Below are positions 28,212 to 37,729 of a stretch of DNA of 64,000 bases, one piece after another. Positions within the stretch are counted from its first letter, which is position 1. Every line of letters starts with the position of its first letter. The position numbers were made by a program, and so were the translations under genes. The notes beneath the pieces were generated by a model. That model ran no database searches and had not been told where the DNA came from. It saw only the letters and a program-made list of their open reading frames with translations. Origin of the DNA: Deltaproteobacteria bacterium (GTDB lineage Bacteria; Myxococcota_A; Polyangia; Polyangiales; Houyiibacteriaceae); NCBI GenBank assembly GCA_034670305.1, contig JAXMNT010000002.1, positions 160,001-224,000 of the forward strand, given 5' to 3'.

Positions 28212-28742
28212 TCAGATCTTCCAGAGGCTCTCGACGAGGTGGGGCTCGAGGCGGGCCCGCCCGTCGAGGAAGCCGAGTTCGATGACGAAGAGGAACCCCG
28301 CCACCACACCGCCCACTTCTTCGACGAGATCCCCGGTGGCCGCCGCGGTGCCGCCGGTCGCGATCAGGTCGTCCACGATCACCGTGCGCGCGCCGGTCTT
28401 CATCGCGTCGGCGTGCATCTCGAGCGCGTCGGTGCCGTACTCGAGCTCGTACTCGACCTTCACCGACTTGGCCGGAAGCTTGCCCGGTTTGCGCGCGGGA
28501 ACGAAGGGCAACCCGAGGCGGAGCGCGAGCGGCGCGCCGAAGAGAAACCCGCGCGACTCCATGCCGACCACGACCTCCGCATCCATCTCCCGCGCCTGCT
28601 CTTCGAGGAGCGAGAGACAGGCGTCGAACGCGGCGTGGTTGCCGAGCAGTGGCGTGATGTCCTTGAAGAGGATGCCGGGCTTGGGAAAGTCCGGAACGTC
28701 GCGGACGGAGTCCTTGAGCAGAGCGAGTCGGGAATCGGTCAT
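28212..28742 (-). CDS. apt: Adenine phosphoribosyltransferase
   Basis: PDFPKPGILFKDITPLL, ESRGF, RKPGKLP, YELEYG, VDDLIATGGT. Confidence 0.97.
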   Translation of the reverse strand: MTDSRLALLKDSVRDVPDFPKPGILFKDITPLLGNHAAFDACLSLLEEQAREMDAEVVVGMESRGFLFGAPLALRLGLPFVPARKPGKLPAKSVKVEYELEYGTDALEMHADAMKTGARTVIVDDLIATGGTAAATGDLVEEVGGVVAGFLFVIELGFLDGRARLEPHLVESLWKI

Positions 28743-29548
28743 GGGGAATCGTCCTCTTGAGATGCTTCTTCAGGGGGCCCGGCCATGAAGGCGGCCAGGC
28801 CGAAGTGGTCGGGATGGGTGACATCGAGCCGAAGCGGCGTGACGGAGACGAAGCCCTCGTCGACGGCGCCGGTGTCGCTCTGTTCGAGTTCGCCGTGGGT
28901 GACGCCGCCGGGGCCGCCGATCCAGACGTATTCGCCGCCTCTCGGATCGACCCGCACGTCGACGCCTTCGTCGTAGCGGCGGATGCCCATGCGGGTCGTT
29001 CGCACACCGAGCGGTGCCTCGGCCGGGAAGTTCACATTCAGGAGCGGGGTCGTGCCTTCGCTCGGTGGCGTGGCGGACAGGAGCCGCTCGCAGAGGGTGG
29101 CCGCCAGGTCCGCGGACCTTCGATACACCTCGGGGCGGCCTCCGATCTGGGAGAACGCGATCGCTGGGATGCCGCGGAGCGCGGCTTCGCGGGCCGCCGC
29201 AACGGTGCCCGAGTAGTGCACGTCGACCCCGAGGTTCGGTCCGTGGTTGATCCCGCTCGCGCAGAGATCCGGCCGGCGCGGCAGGAGGCCCTCGCGAAAG
29301 AGTCCCACGTACACGCAGTCCGCCGGGGTGCCGTCGACACTGTGGATCGGCCCTGCAGCCGCGTCGGCCGGGTGGATCCGGTGGCGCAGCGGATGGTGCA
29401 GCGAGAGCGCGTGGCTCTTGGCGCTCTGCTCGCGGGCCGGGGCCACCACCACGACGTCGGCGAAGCGGGCGAGCGCCGCACGCAAGGCCCTCAGACCGGC
29501 GGCTTCGACGCCGTCGTCGTTGCTGACGAGGATGAGGGGACGGGTCAC
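28739..29548 (-). CDS. surE: 5'/3'-nucleotidase SurE
   Basis: ILVSNDDG, GTPADCV, SGINHGPNLG, YSGTVAAARE, VSVTPL. Confidence 0.96.
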   Translation of the reverse strand: MTRPLILVSNDDGVEAAGLRALRAALARFADVVVVAPAREQSAKSHALSLHHPLRHRIHPADAAAGPIHSVDGTPADCVYVGLFREGLLPRRPDLCASGINHGPNLGVDVHYSGTVAAAREAALRGIPAIAFSQIGGRPEVYRRSADLAATLCERLLSATPPSEGTTPLLNVNFPAEAPLGVRTTRMGIRRYDEGVDVRVDPRGGEYVWIGGPGGVTHGELEQSDTGAVDEGFVSVTPLRLDVTHPDHFGLAAFMAGPPEEASQEDDSP

Positions 29549-29707
29549 GCCGGTGCGTATACCAGACAGAGCGGCGAACGAACCCGGCAGCGTGCCGACG
29601 CGCACAGCGTCGGCGTCAGGTCGGAACAGGCGCCGTGGACCACCGGCGCTTTGAACGCAGCGAAGTCGGGCTGGAGGCCGAAAGCGGTTCGCCCGCAGGC
29701 TAGGACG

Positions 29708-30064
29708 TCAGCCGGTGGAGCTCTCGTCGGAGTCTTCGCCCTCGAGGCCAAGCTTCTCGCTGGCCTCCTTCTTCAGCTCTTCCTTCTCAGGGTTCAGCAC
29801 CCCTTTGAGGACCTGACTCGGCTTGAAGGTCAGCACGCGGCGGGCGCTGATCGGGATCGGGTCCCCCGTCTGAGGGTTGCGACCGATGCGCTGCGCCTTG
29901 TCTCGAACGACGAAGTTCCCGAAGCCGGAGATCTTGATCTTCTCACCGTCGGCGAGGACCTCCTTCATCGTGTCGAAGACCGCCTCGACGATCTCGGCCG
30001 CTTCCTTCTTCGAAAATCCGCCAACCTTTTCGTAGACGGCGTCGATGATCTCGGCCTTGGTCAT
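29708..30064 (-). CDS. ihfA: Integration host factor subunit alpha
   Basis: MTKAEI, KISGFGNF, RIGRNPQTG, ISARRVLTFKPSQVLK; downstream of pheT. Confidence 0.92.
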   Translation of the reverse strand: MTKAEIIDAVYEKVGGFSKKEAAEIVEAVFDTMKEVLADGEKIKISGFGNFVVRDKAQRIGRNPQTGDPIPISARRVLTFKPSQVLKGVLNPEKEELKKEASEKLGLEGEDSDESSTG

Positions 30065-30190
30065 CCAGTCTCCTCCGAGGGCCCGGACGGCGTCCGGGGA
30101 GGCAGGATGGAACCATGATTCGGGACGGATCTCAACGGCTTACGGCGATTAGGTCTCAGGAGGAGACCCGCTTCGCGGGTGGCTCGCGCA

Positions 30191-30224
30191 ATAAAAAACC
30201 CGGAATCTCGTGAGAGATTCCGGG
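30191..30224 (-). terminator. Intrinsic terminator after tRNA-Pro
   Basis: 11-bp perfect stem cccggaatctc/gagattccggg followed by TTTTTT on the minus strand. Confidence 0.85.
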
Positions 30225-30231
30225 CTACCGG

Positions 30232-30305
30232 TCGGGGCGACTGGATTCGAACCAGCGACCCCCACACCCCCAGTATGGTGCGCTACCAGACTGCGCTACG
30301 CCCCG
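30232..30305 (-). tRNA. tRNA-Pro (anticodon GGG), CCA not encoded
   Basis: CGGGGCGTAGCGCAGTCTGGTAGCGC...CTGGGGG...GGTTCGAATCC...CGCCCCGA. Confidence 0.95.
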
Positions 30306-30404
30306 GCCGTAACCGCCCCGAAGGACGGTAGGGGACGCCGACCATAACCTCCGGCGAAAAGAGCGCAAGCCAGATTTGACTCCCAGTGGGCCGAGTTCTC
30401 CGGT

Positions 30405-32927
30405 TCAGCGGATGACCGCGTCGAACGACTTCTGAGCGGCCGCGACCGCGGCGCTGTGGGCTTTGTCGACGCGCTTGTCGGTCAGCGTTTCCGCCGGGTC
30501 CCGGTAGCGGATCCGGAACGCGAGACTCTTCTGTCCGTCCGGCAGACCGTCCCCTTCGTAGAGGTCGAACAGCTCCACCGACTCGGCCAAGCCACCGCTG
30601 GCTTCTTCGAGCGCCGCCGCTACGGATCCCGCCTGAACGGTCTGCGCGACCTGGAGCGCCACGTCGCGGGTGACCGCCGGGTACTTCGGCGGCGAGACGG
30701 CCTTCTTCTGGTGCGCCACCGACTGGAGCAACTTCACGACATCGAGCTCCGCGTAGGTGACCCGGACCTCGAGGCCGAACGCGTCCGCCACTTCGGGATG
30801 AATCTCACCGGCGAACCCGAGGACGGTGTCCCCGACACGCACCTCTGCGACGCGGCTCGGGTGGGACCAGGCCGGCGGGTCGGATACGACCTCGAAGGTG
30901 GGCGTCTCGCCGGTGCTCGCGCGCACCAAGAACTCGACGTGGGCCTTGAGGTCGTAGAAATCGACGTCGCGGGCGCCGCCGATCCAGCCCGAACGAAGGC
31001 CGCCGAGCAGCAGACCGAGCACCGGGTGTTCGAGCGGGAGGGACTGGTCCTCGGCCGGCTCGGAGTGGGTGCACTCGCCCCACGCGCCAGCCGCCACCGC
31101 GTCCGAGGTGCGGGGACGGAAGACGCGGCCGAGCTCGAAGAGGCCGACCTCGTCGACCTGGCGCCGGAACGAGTGGTCGGCCGCCTGCGCGAGTCCCGGC
31201 AAGAGCGAGGTGCGCATCACCGAGCGGTGGGTGCTCATCGGGTTGGAGATCTCCACCACTGCCGTCGGGACCTTGGCCTTCGCCAGGTCGTCCGCGTCCA
31301 CGAAGCTGTACGTGACGGCCTCGAGCAGCCCGGAGGACGCCGTCGCTTCACGCAGCTGCCGCTCGAAGGAGACGCGCGGGCCGCTCTCGGTCCGCGAGGA
31401 GGCGGGGCGCACCGCCGGCACGACGGTGGGGACCAGATCGTAGCCGCGCACCCGCCCGACCTCTTCGATGAGGTCCGCTTCCCGCCCGAGATCCGGCCGC
31501 CAGCTCGGCGCCACACACTGCAGTGCCGTGTCGTCCCCGGACACCAGAACACCGAGCGCTTCGAGCGCTTTGCGGGCATCCGCCGCTTCGACACGCACTC
31601 CGAGCAGCCGTTCGATCGCGTCGATCCGCAACGTGATCTCGGCACGCTTTGGAAGGTTCGGCGCCAGATCGCGGGCCTGTGCCACCGCCGTGCCGCCGCC
31701 GAGCTCGGCCATCAGCGACGCCGCGCGCGCCATCACATGGGGTACGTCGTCGAAGTCGACGCCGCGCTCGAATCGGTGGCTCGCGTCGGTGTGGAGATCC
31801 AAGCGGCGCGACGTGCGGCGCACCGAGCGCGGATCGAAGTACGCGCACTCGATGACGACGTTCTTGGTGTCGTCGCCGATCTCGCTGTCGGCGCCGCCCA
31901 TCACACCCGCGATGGCGACCGGCCCTTCGCCGTCGCAGATGAGCAGATCGTCCGCGTCGAGTTGCCGGGTCTGCCCGTCGAGCGTCTCCATCGTCTCGCC
32001 GGCCTTCGCGCAGCGGACGACGATTTTGGCGCCCCGAAGTCTGTCGTGGTCGAAGCCGTGGATCGGATGACCGGTCTCGAGCAGGACGAGGTTCGTCGCG
32101 TCGACCAGGTTCGAGATGGAACGCAGGCCGAGCACGTGAAGTCGGTGACGCAGCCAGAACGGCGACTTGCCCACCGTCACCCCCCGCACGAACGCCGCGC
32201 CATAGCGCGGGCACCGCTCGGCGTCTTCGATCGCCAAGTCGAACGAGCCGTCCGCCGAGGACGAGGGCGCGGACCACAGCTCCGTCGCGCCGTCCCCGAC
32301 GAGCGACGCGGGGCCGGCGGCGAGCCGAGTCGGTGGGGCCACCGCCGGCAGCTGGAACGCGACGCCGAGCCGCGCCGCGAGATCCCGCGCGATGCCGATG
32401 TGTCCGAGCGCGTCGGGACGGTTGGGCGTGACGCCGATCTCGAAGACCACGTCTTCGACCGGCAGTGCGTCCGCGAGGCGCGTGCCGGCTGCGGGCGGGT
32501 CCGACGCGAAGACGAAGATGCCGTCCGTGCCCGAACCGATGCCGAGCTCCGTCTCGCTGCACAACATGCCCGCGCTCGGGATGCCGCCGATCGCACGCTC
32601 CGCGATCTCGAACGTGCCGCCGTCGGCGGTGGGGAGCACCGCACCAAGCCGCGCGAAGAGCACACCCGCACCTGCGTCCGGCACGTTGGGTGCGCCGCAG
32701 ACGATCTCGTGTTCCCCCGCTCCGTCGTCGATGGTGACGAGCTGGAGTTTGTCGCGGTCTGGATGCGGACGTTTGCGCTTCACGATCGCGACCACCACAC
32801 CGGGCGGCGCGGTGAAGCGGTGGAGTGCTTCGACCTCGAGGCCGAGGTCCGTCAGCGTCTCCGCGTAGGTCTCGGGCGAAGCATCGATGCCGGTGAGTTC
32901 TTGGAGCCACTGGTAGCTGGCGAGCAT
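30405..32927 (-). CDS. pheT: Phenylalanine--tRNA ligase beta subunit
   Basis: IVCGAPNV, GMLCSETELG, TPNRPD, DASHRFERG, DLIEEVGR, MRTSLLPGL, ferredoxin-fold C-terminus. Confidence 0.98.
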   Translation of the reverse strand: MLASYQWLQELTGIDASPETYAETLTDLGLEVEALHRFTAPPGVVVAIVKRKRPHPDRDKLQLVTIDDGAGEHEIVCGAPNVPDAGAGVLFARLGAVLPTADGGTFEIAERAIGGIPSAGMLCSETELGIGSGTDGIFVFASDPPAAGTRLADALPVEDVVFEIGVTPNRPDALGHIGIARDLAARLGVAFQLPAVAPPTRLAAGPASLVGDGATELWSAPSSSADGSFDLAIEDAERCPRYGAAFVRGVTVGKSPFWLRHRLHVLGLRSISNLVDATNLVLLETGHPIHGFDHDRLRGAKIVVRCAKAGETMETLDGQTRQLDADDLLICDGEGPVAIAGVMGGADSEIGDDTKNVVIECAYFDPRSVRRTSRRLDLHTDASHRFERGVDFDDVPHVMARAASLMAELGGGTAVAQARDLAPNLPKRAEITLRIDAIERLLGVRVEAADARKALEALGVLVSGDDTALQCVAPSWRPDLGREADLIEEVGRVRGYDLVPTVVPAVRPASSRTESGPRVSFERQLREATASSGLLEAVTYSFVDADDLAKAKVPTAVVEISNPMSTHRSVMRTSLLPGLAQAADHSFRRQVDEVGLFELGRVFRPRTSDAVAAGAWGECTHSEPAEDQSLPLEHPVLGLLLGGLRSGWIGGARDVDFYDLKAHVEFLVRASTGETPTFEVVSDPPAWSHPSRVAEVRVGDTVLGFAGEIHPEVADAFGLEVRVTYAELDVVKLLQSVAHQKKAVSPPKYPAVTRDVALQVAQTVQAGSVAAALEEASGGLAESVELFDLYEGDGLPDGQKSLAFRIRYRDPAETLTDKRVDKAHSAAVAAAQKSFDAVIR

Positions 32928-33000
32928 GTTCGTTTTCCGTGAAGGCGCGGGTCCGGCGGCCGGACCAAAGAAGGGGGGTCGGGTTCGGTTCAGAGCGCGC

Positions 33001-34026
33001 TCAGAAGGAGCGAAGGAACCGGACGTCGTTGCCGAAGAGCAGGTTGATGTGTTCGATGCCGTGGCGGACCATCGCGATGCGATCGAGGCCGACCCCGAAC
33101 GCGAAGCCGCTGACTTCTTCGGGGTCGTAGCCGACGTGTTCGAAGACGACCGGATGGATCATGCCGCAGCCGAGGATCTCCATCCACGGTTGGCCGGGAC
33201 GGCGCACGTCCACCTCGGCGCCCGGCTCGACGAACGGGAAGTAGCTCGGCCGAAAGCGGACTTCGATCTCGCTTCCGAAGAGCCGCTCGAGGAAGAGCGT
33301 CAGCACGCCCTTGAGGTGCGCGAACGAGACCCCCTCGTCGACGAGGAACCCTTCGAGCTGATGGAACATCGGGGAGTGGCTCTTGTCGTCGTCGCGCCGG
33401 TACACCGCGCCGGGCGAGACCACCGCGAGCGGCGGCTTGCGCTTCTTCATCTCGCGGATCTGAACCGACGAGGTGTGGGTCCGCAGCAGCGTCGTGACCG
33501 GGTCGCCCTGGCTCTCGTGGGTGACGAAGAAGGTGTCCTGCATGTCGGTCGCCGGGTGGTCCTTCGGGAACCCGAGCCGGTCGAAACAGTTCGCATGCGT
33601 CTCGATCTCCGGACCGTCCGCGACGTCGAATCCAAGTGAGCCGAAGATGTCGAGCAGCTCGTGTTTGATCCGCGTGATGATGTGGAGGTTGCCCGCCATC
33701 GAGCCGCGCCCGGGCAAGGTCACGTCGATGGGCGGCGCGCTGAGCTCGGCGTCGCGCGCGGCCTGCAGAATCGCTTCGAGCCGCGCGTCGAACGCGGCGG
33801 AGATCTTCTGCTTCACCGCGTTGGCGGCCTGACCGACCTCGCGCTTCTGGTCCTTCGGGACCTCGCGCATGCGCTTCATCAAGGCGGTGAGCGCGCCACT
33901 CGGGCCGACGAACTTCGCGTTCACCTCCCGGAGCGCCTGCTCGGTGGTGGCGGCATCGAACCCATCGGCGAACTGGGTGGAGATGTCTTCGAGCCCATCG
34001 AGGAACTGCTTGGCTGCGTCGGTCAC
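33001..34026 (-). CDS. pheS: Phenylalanine--tRNA ligase alpha subunit
   Basis: HPATDMQDTF, LRTHTSSVQ, HSPMFHQLEG, RPSYFPFVEP, GFAFGVGLDR. Confidence 0.98.
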   Translation of the reverse strand: MTDAAKQFLDGLEDISTQFADGFDAATTEQALREVNAKFVGPSGALTALMKRMREVPKDQKREVGQAANAVKQKISAAFDARLEAILQAARDAELSAPPIDVTLPGRGSMAGNLHIITRIKHELLDIFGSLGFDVADGPEIETHANCFDRLGFPKDHPATDMQDTFFVTHESQGDPVTTLLRTHTSSVQIREMKKRKPPLAVVSPGAVYRRDDDKSHSPMFHQLEGFLVDEGVSFAHLKGVLTLFLERLFGSEIEVRFRPSYFPFVEPGAEVDVRRPGQPWMEILGCGMIHPVVFEHVGYDPEEVSGFAFGVGLDRIAMVRHGIEHINLLFGNDVRFLRSF

Positions 34027-34045
34027 TCGCCTCCCATAACCCCGA

Positions 34046-34076
34046 ACACAAAAACGCGCACCCGAAGGCGCGCGTT
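34046..34076 (-). terminator. Intrinsic terminator-like hairpin between rplT and pheS
   Basis: Minus strand AACGCGCGCC-TTCG-GGTGCGCGTT followed by TTTGTGTT. Confidence 0.7.
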
Positions 34077-34098
34077 CTTGGTTGGAATCGACGTCCGC

Positions 34099-34440
34099 TT
34101 AGAGGGCGTCGACGACGGCCTTGAAGCCGCCCGGATCTTTGAGCGCGAGGTCCGCAAGGATCTTGCGGTCGAGCTCGATGCCGGCCCGCTTGAGACCGGC
34201 AGTCATCTTGCTGTAGGTCGTACCGTTGGCACGCGCCGCAGCGTTGATGCGGGTGATCCACAGACGACGGAACGCACGGCGGCGTTCGCGGCGATGGCGG
34301 TACGCATCTTCCCAGCTGTTGTGCAGCTGCTCGATGGCGGTGCGAAACAGTCGGCTCCGGGCACCGTAGTTGCCTCGAGCGAACTTCAGAACCTTCTTAC
34401 GACGACGACGGGCCTTAAAGCCTCTTCTTACGCGCGGCAT
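34099..34440 (-). CDS. rplT: 50S ribosomal protein L20
   Basis: [31 protein letters not shown]. Confidence 0.98.
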   Translation of the reverse strand: MPRVRRGFKARRRRKKVLKFARGNYGARSRLFRTAIEQLHNSWEDAYRHRRERRRAFRRLWITRINAAARANGTTYSKMTAGLKRAGIELDRKILADLALKDPGGFKAVVDAL

Positions 34441-34449
34441 TCGATGCTC

Positions 34450-34659
34450 CTAGAGGTACGGAATCAGCCGCATGATGCCGGGCTGATCGCACTTGGCAAC
34501 CATGTCGTTTTTGCGCAGCCGACGCAGACGCGCCGGAGACTTGTCACCCCGCATCATGCGGTGACTCTTGCCGGCCTTGCTGCGCCGGATCCGGCCGGAG
34601 CCGGTGATCTTGAAGCGTTTGGCCGCGGCCCGCTTCGTCTTCATCTTGGTTTTTGCCAT
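34450..34659 (-). CDS. rpmI: 50S ribosomal protein L35
   Basis: KMKTKRAAAKRFKITGSG. Confidence 0.97.
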   Translation of the reverse strand: MAKTKMKTKRAAAKRFKITGSGRIRRSKAGKSHRMMRGDKSPARLRRLRKNDMVAKCDQPGIMRLIPYL

Positions 34660-34769
34660 GACTTCCTCGTTGAGAGCTCCAAACCAGCGAGCAAACGCGG
34701 CGGGGAGCGGAAGAGCGGAGCGGTATGGGCCGCCCCTCAGGTGGTGTCAAGCCACTGCCCTCGGGCAGG

Positions 34770-34907
34770 ACAGCACTTGGCGCGAAGCGAAGTTCGTGAG
34801 GCGACCGGAAGGGCTTTGCCTGCAGGCCGGGGGATGCGCCATCCCCCGCGGACAACCAACGGTGCGCGCGCATTGCGGACGGTCTTCGCTGACAGCGCTC
34901 TCGACCG
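34770..34907. repeat. Degenerate single copy of the 74-bp palindromic element plus inverted copy of its flank module
   Basis: acagcacttggcgcgaagcgaagtt...gggctttgcctgcaggccgggggatgcgccatccccc..ggacaaccaacgg aligns to 3695-3790; tgacagcgctctcgaccg (34890-34907) is the reverse complement of 3654-3671. Confidence 0.88.
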
Positions 34908-34928
34908 AAACGGATGCGCCAGGCCCCG

Positions 34929-35534
34929 TCAGTCGTCGGCTTCCTCGGCGCCCTCGTGGCCCTCTTCGCCCTTCTTGGGCTTGGGTTTGACCTTGGGCGC
35001 GAGGAGCGCGGTCATGGTCCGTCCCTCCATGCGACCGGAGCTCTCCACGATGGCGTACTCGCGTACGGCGTCGATGATGAGTTCGATCTGCCGGCGGGCC
35101 GTCTCGGGGTGCGTGATCTCGCGACCACGGAACCGGACGGTGAGCTTGACCTTGTTCCCCTCTTCCAAGAACCGGATCACATGTTTGATCTTGAACGCGA
35201 TGTCATGATCGTCCGTCTTGGGGCGGAGCTTGATTTCCTTGAGCTCGACCTGCGACTGCTTCTTGCGCGCCTCGGCCTGCTTCTTCTTTTCTTCGTACTT
35301 GAACTTGCCGAAGTCCATGATCTTGCAAACCGGAGGCACTGCCTTCGGGTTCACTTCGACCAGGTCCAAGTCTTGTTCTTTCGCCCGGTTCTTCGCCTCA
35401 TAGGTGCTCAGCACCCCCAGCATCGACCCATCGGCGTCGATGACGCGGACTTCGGGGACGCGGATGCGATCGTTGACACGGGGGCCGAAAGTACGGCGTT
35501 CACGGGGGTCGACACGACGACGGGGCCTTGCGAT
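34929..35534 (-). CDS. infC: Translation initiation factor IF-3 (non-canonical ATC start)
   Basis: RVNDRIRVPEVRVI, PPVCKIMDFGKFKY, KEIKLRP, FRGRE; SD AGGAGG, in-frame TGA two codons upstream, ATC at 35534. Confidence 0.95.
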   Translation of the reverse strand: MARPRRRVDPRERRTFGPRVNDRIRVPEVRVIDADGSMLGVLSTYEAKNRAKEQDLDLVEVNPKAVPPVCKIMDFGKFKYEEKKKQAEARKKQSQVELKEIKLRPKTDDHDIAFKIKHVIRFLEEGNKVKLTVRFRGREITHPETARRQIELIIDAVREYAIVESSGRMEGRTMTALLAPKVKPKPKKGEEGHEGAEEADD

Positions 35535-35680
35535 GACTCATTCCTCCTGAGGTGGGGCAGCGCCCCGAAAATCTCTACAACAACCAGTAATAAACCACTG
35601 AGGCATTCCCCGAAAGGGGGGCCGCCTCCGCGGGACAATTCAGATCAGGGCAAATTCGCCCGGTTTGCGCGCTTCGTTCG

Positions 35681-37708
35681 TCATGCGGATCGAAGCGAAG
35701 GCGCCAGATGTTCGGCACCGAGCCGAGCGATGACCTCGTCCATGGCGACGAATCCGAGGTCCTTGTTCTCATCGCGACTGCGAAGCGCGAGCCCGTCGCC
35801 TTCGACCTCGTTGCTGCCGATGACGCCGATGTAAGGCACCCGAAGGTTCCGCGCGTTTCGAATCTTCGCGCCGAGCCGTTCGTTGGAGGTGTCCGCGCTC
35901 ACGCGGAAGCCAAGCTTGCGAAGGCGGTCGCGGGTCTTGATCGCGAACTCGTCGAAGTCGCTCGCGACGGTGACCAGCGTCAGCTGCTCCGGCGCGCACC
36001 AGGTCGGAAACGATCCGGCGACGTGTTCGATGAGCACGCCGTAGAAGCGCTCCACGCTGCCGAGGATCGCGCGGTGCAACATCACCGGCCGGTGCACGGT
36101 GTTGTCCGGGCCGACGTAACCGAGGTCGAAACGTTCCGGCAGGTTGAAGTCCGCCTGGATGGTGCCGAGTTGCCACGGACGGCCGAGCGCATCGCTCAGG
36201 TGGAACTCCACCTTGGGACCATAGAACGCGCCCTCGCCTTCGGCGATTTCGTACTCGAGGCCCTTGGCTTCGACCCCATCGATGAGCGCCTTCTCGGACC
36301 GGTCCCAGATTTCGTCGGTGCCGAGGCGTTCTTCCGGACGGGTCGCGATCACGATGCGCACTTCCGAGAAACCGAAGTCGGCGTACACGGTGTGCACCAG
36401 ATCGAGGAACGCGGTGATCTCGTCCTGGAGCTGTTCCATCGTGCAGAAGATGTGCGCGTCGTCCTGCGCGAAGGTCCGCACCCGGGTCAGCCCCTGCACG
36501 ACGCCGCTGCGCTCGTAGCGGTGCAGCCGTCCAAAGTCCGCCATGCGCATCGGCAGCTCGCGGTAGCTGCGGCGCGTCATGCCGAACATCAACGCGTGGC
36601 ACGGGCAGTTCATCGGCTTGATGCCGTAGCGCAGCTGATCCTGAAGCAGGTGCTCGCACGATTCGACCGATTCAGGCGGCTTGTCGACGATGAGCTTCGC
36701 CGCGGACTCGAGGTTCTCCTTCGAGCCGGCGACGAACATGTTCTCGAAGTACGCGGGCAAGTGACCGCTGGTCTCGAACAGCTCCTTGTCGAAGATCTGC
36801 GGCGTGATGACTTCTTCGTACCCATGGCGGTCGTAGAGCGCGCGCACGTAGTCGACGAGCAGGTTGTAGAGCCGCGCACCACGCGAGGTGAAGAAGGGCG
36901 AGGCCGGCGCCAGCGGGTGGAACGCGATGAGATCGAGTTCCTTGCCGACCTTGCGGTGGTCGCGCTTCTTTGCTTCTTCGATCTGCTTGAGGTGTTTGCG
37001 CAGCAGCTTCGGGTTCGCGAAGGCGGTGCCGTAGATGCGCTGCAGCATCGGGTTGCGTTCGTCGCCCCGCCAGTACGCGCCGGCCACGTGGGTGAGCTGG
37101 AACGCTTGCAGGAACCCCGTGCTCGGCACGTGCGGGCCTTCGCAGAGATCCACCCACCGGTCGTCACCGCCGTGGCGGTAGATGGTGAGTTCGCCCTGGA
37201 GACGCTCGAGGTGCTCGAGCTTGAACGGCTCGTCGAGGTCCGTGAGGATCGCGCGCAGCTCGTCCTTGGTCTTCACTTCGCGGACGAAGCTCGAGTTCTT
37301 CTCGATGATCTCCCGCATCGCTTCTTCGATGGCGCGCAGGTCGTCGTCCGAGAAGGAGCCGCCCTTGCGGTCGTAGTCGTAGTAGAAGCCCTGCGCGGTG
37401 GCCGGGCCGAAGGCGACCTTGGTGCCAGGGAAAAGCTTCTGCACTGCGTCCGCCATCACGTGCGCGGTGGAGTGGCGGATGATGGGGAGCGCGCGTGGGT
37501 CGTGCGCGGGCACCTGCGCGACCGGGGTGGTCGGCGGCACGTCGGGGAGCGGCGTGTGCAGATCGAAGACCTGGCCGTCGACAGCAATGGCGACGGTCTT
37601 CTTGGCCAGCAGACCACGCTCTTCGAGCACGTCTGTGCCGAGGCGGCCCGCAATGGGACCTTCCACGGGGGCCTTCGGTTCGTTCTCTGCTGCGGACTCT
37701 TCGCTCAT
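35681..37708 (-). CDS. thrS: Threonine--tRNA ligase
   Basis: RHSTAH, DLCEGPH, GAYWRG, RDHRK, KPMNCP, GLTRVRTFAQDDAH, GAFYGPK, LHRAILGS. Confidence 0.98.
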   Translation of the reverse strand: MSEESAAENEPKAPVEGPIAGRLGTDVLEERGLLAKKTVAIAVDGQVFDLHTPLPDVPPTTPVAQVPAHDPRALPIIRHSTAHVMADAVQKLFPGTKVAFGPATAQGFYYDYDRKGGSFSDDDLRAIEEAMREIIEKNSSFVREVKTKDELRAILTDLDEPFKLEHLERLQGELTIYRHGGDDRWVDLCEGPHVPSTGFLQAFQLTHVAGAYWRGDERNPMLQRIYGTAFANPKLLRKHLKQIEEAKKRDHRKVGKELDLIAFHPLAPASPFFTSRGARLYNLLVDYVRALYDRHGYEEVITPQIFDKELFETSGHLPAYFENMFVAGSKENLESAAKLIVDKPPESVESCEHLLQDQLRYGIKPMNCPCHALMFGMTRRSYRELPMRMADFGRLHRYERSGVVQGLTRVRTFAQDDAHIFCTMEQLQDEITAFLDLVHTVYADFGFSEVRIVIATRPEERLGTDEIWDRSEKALIDGVEAKGLEYEIAEGEGAFYGPKVEFHLSDALGRPWQLGTIQADFNLPERFDLGYVGPDNTVHRPVMLHRAILGSVERFYGVLIEHVAGSFPTWCAPEQLTLVTVASDFDEFAIKTRDRLRKLGFRVSADTSNERLGAKIRNARNLRVPYIGVIGSNEVEGDGLALRSRDENKDLGFVAMDEVIARLGAEHLAPSLRSA

Positions 37709-37729
37709 CTCAACTCACTCCTTGGGGGA

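Noticed and set aside
35595-35635. Hairpin upstream of infC as an L20 leader or riboswitch
   Set aside because: A GAGGC..CCCC-GAAA-GGGG..GCCTC stem is visible, but it cannot be assigned to a family without a covariance search
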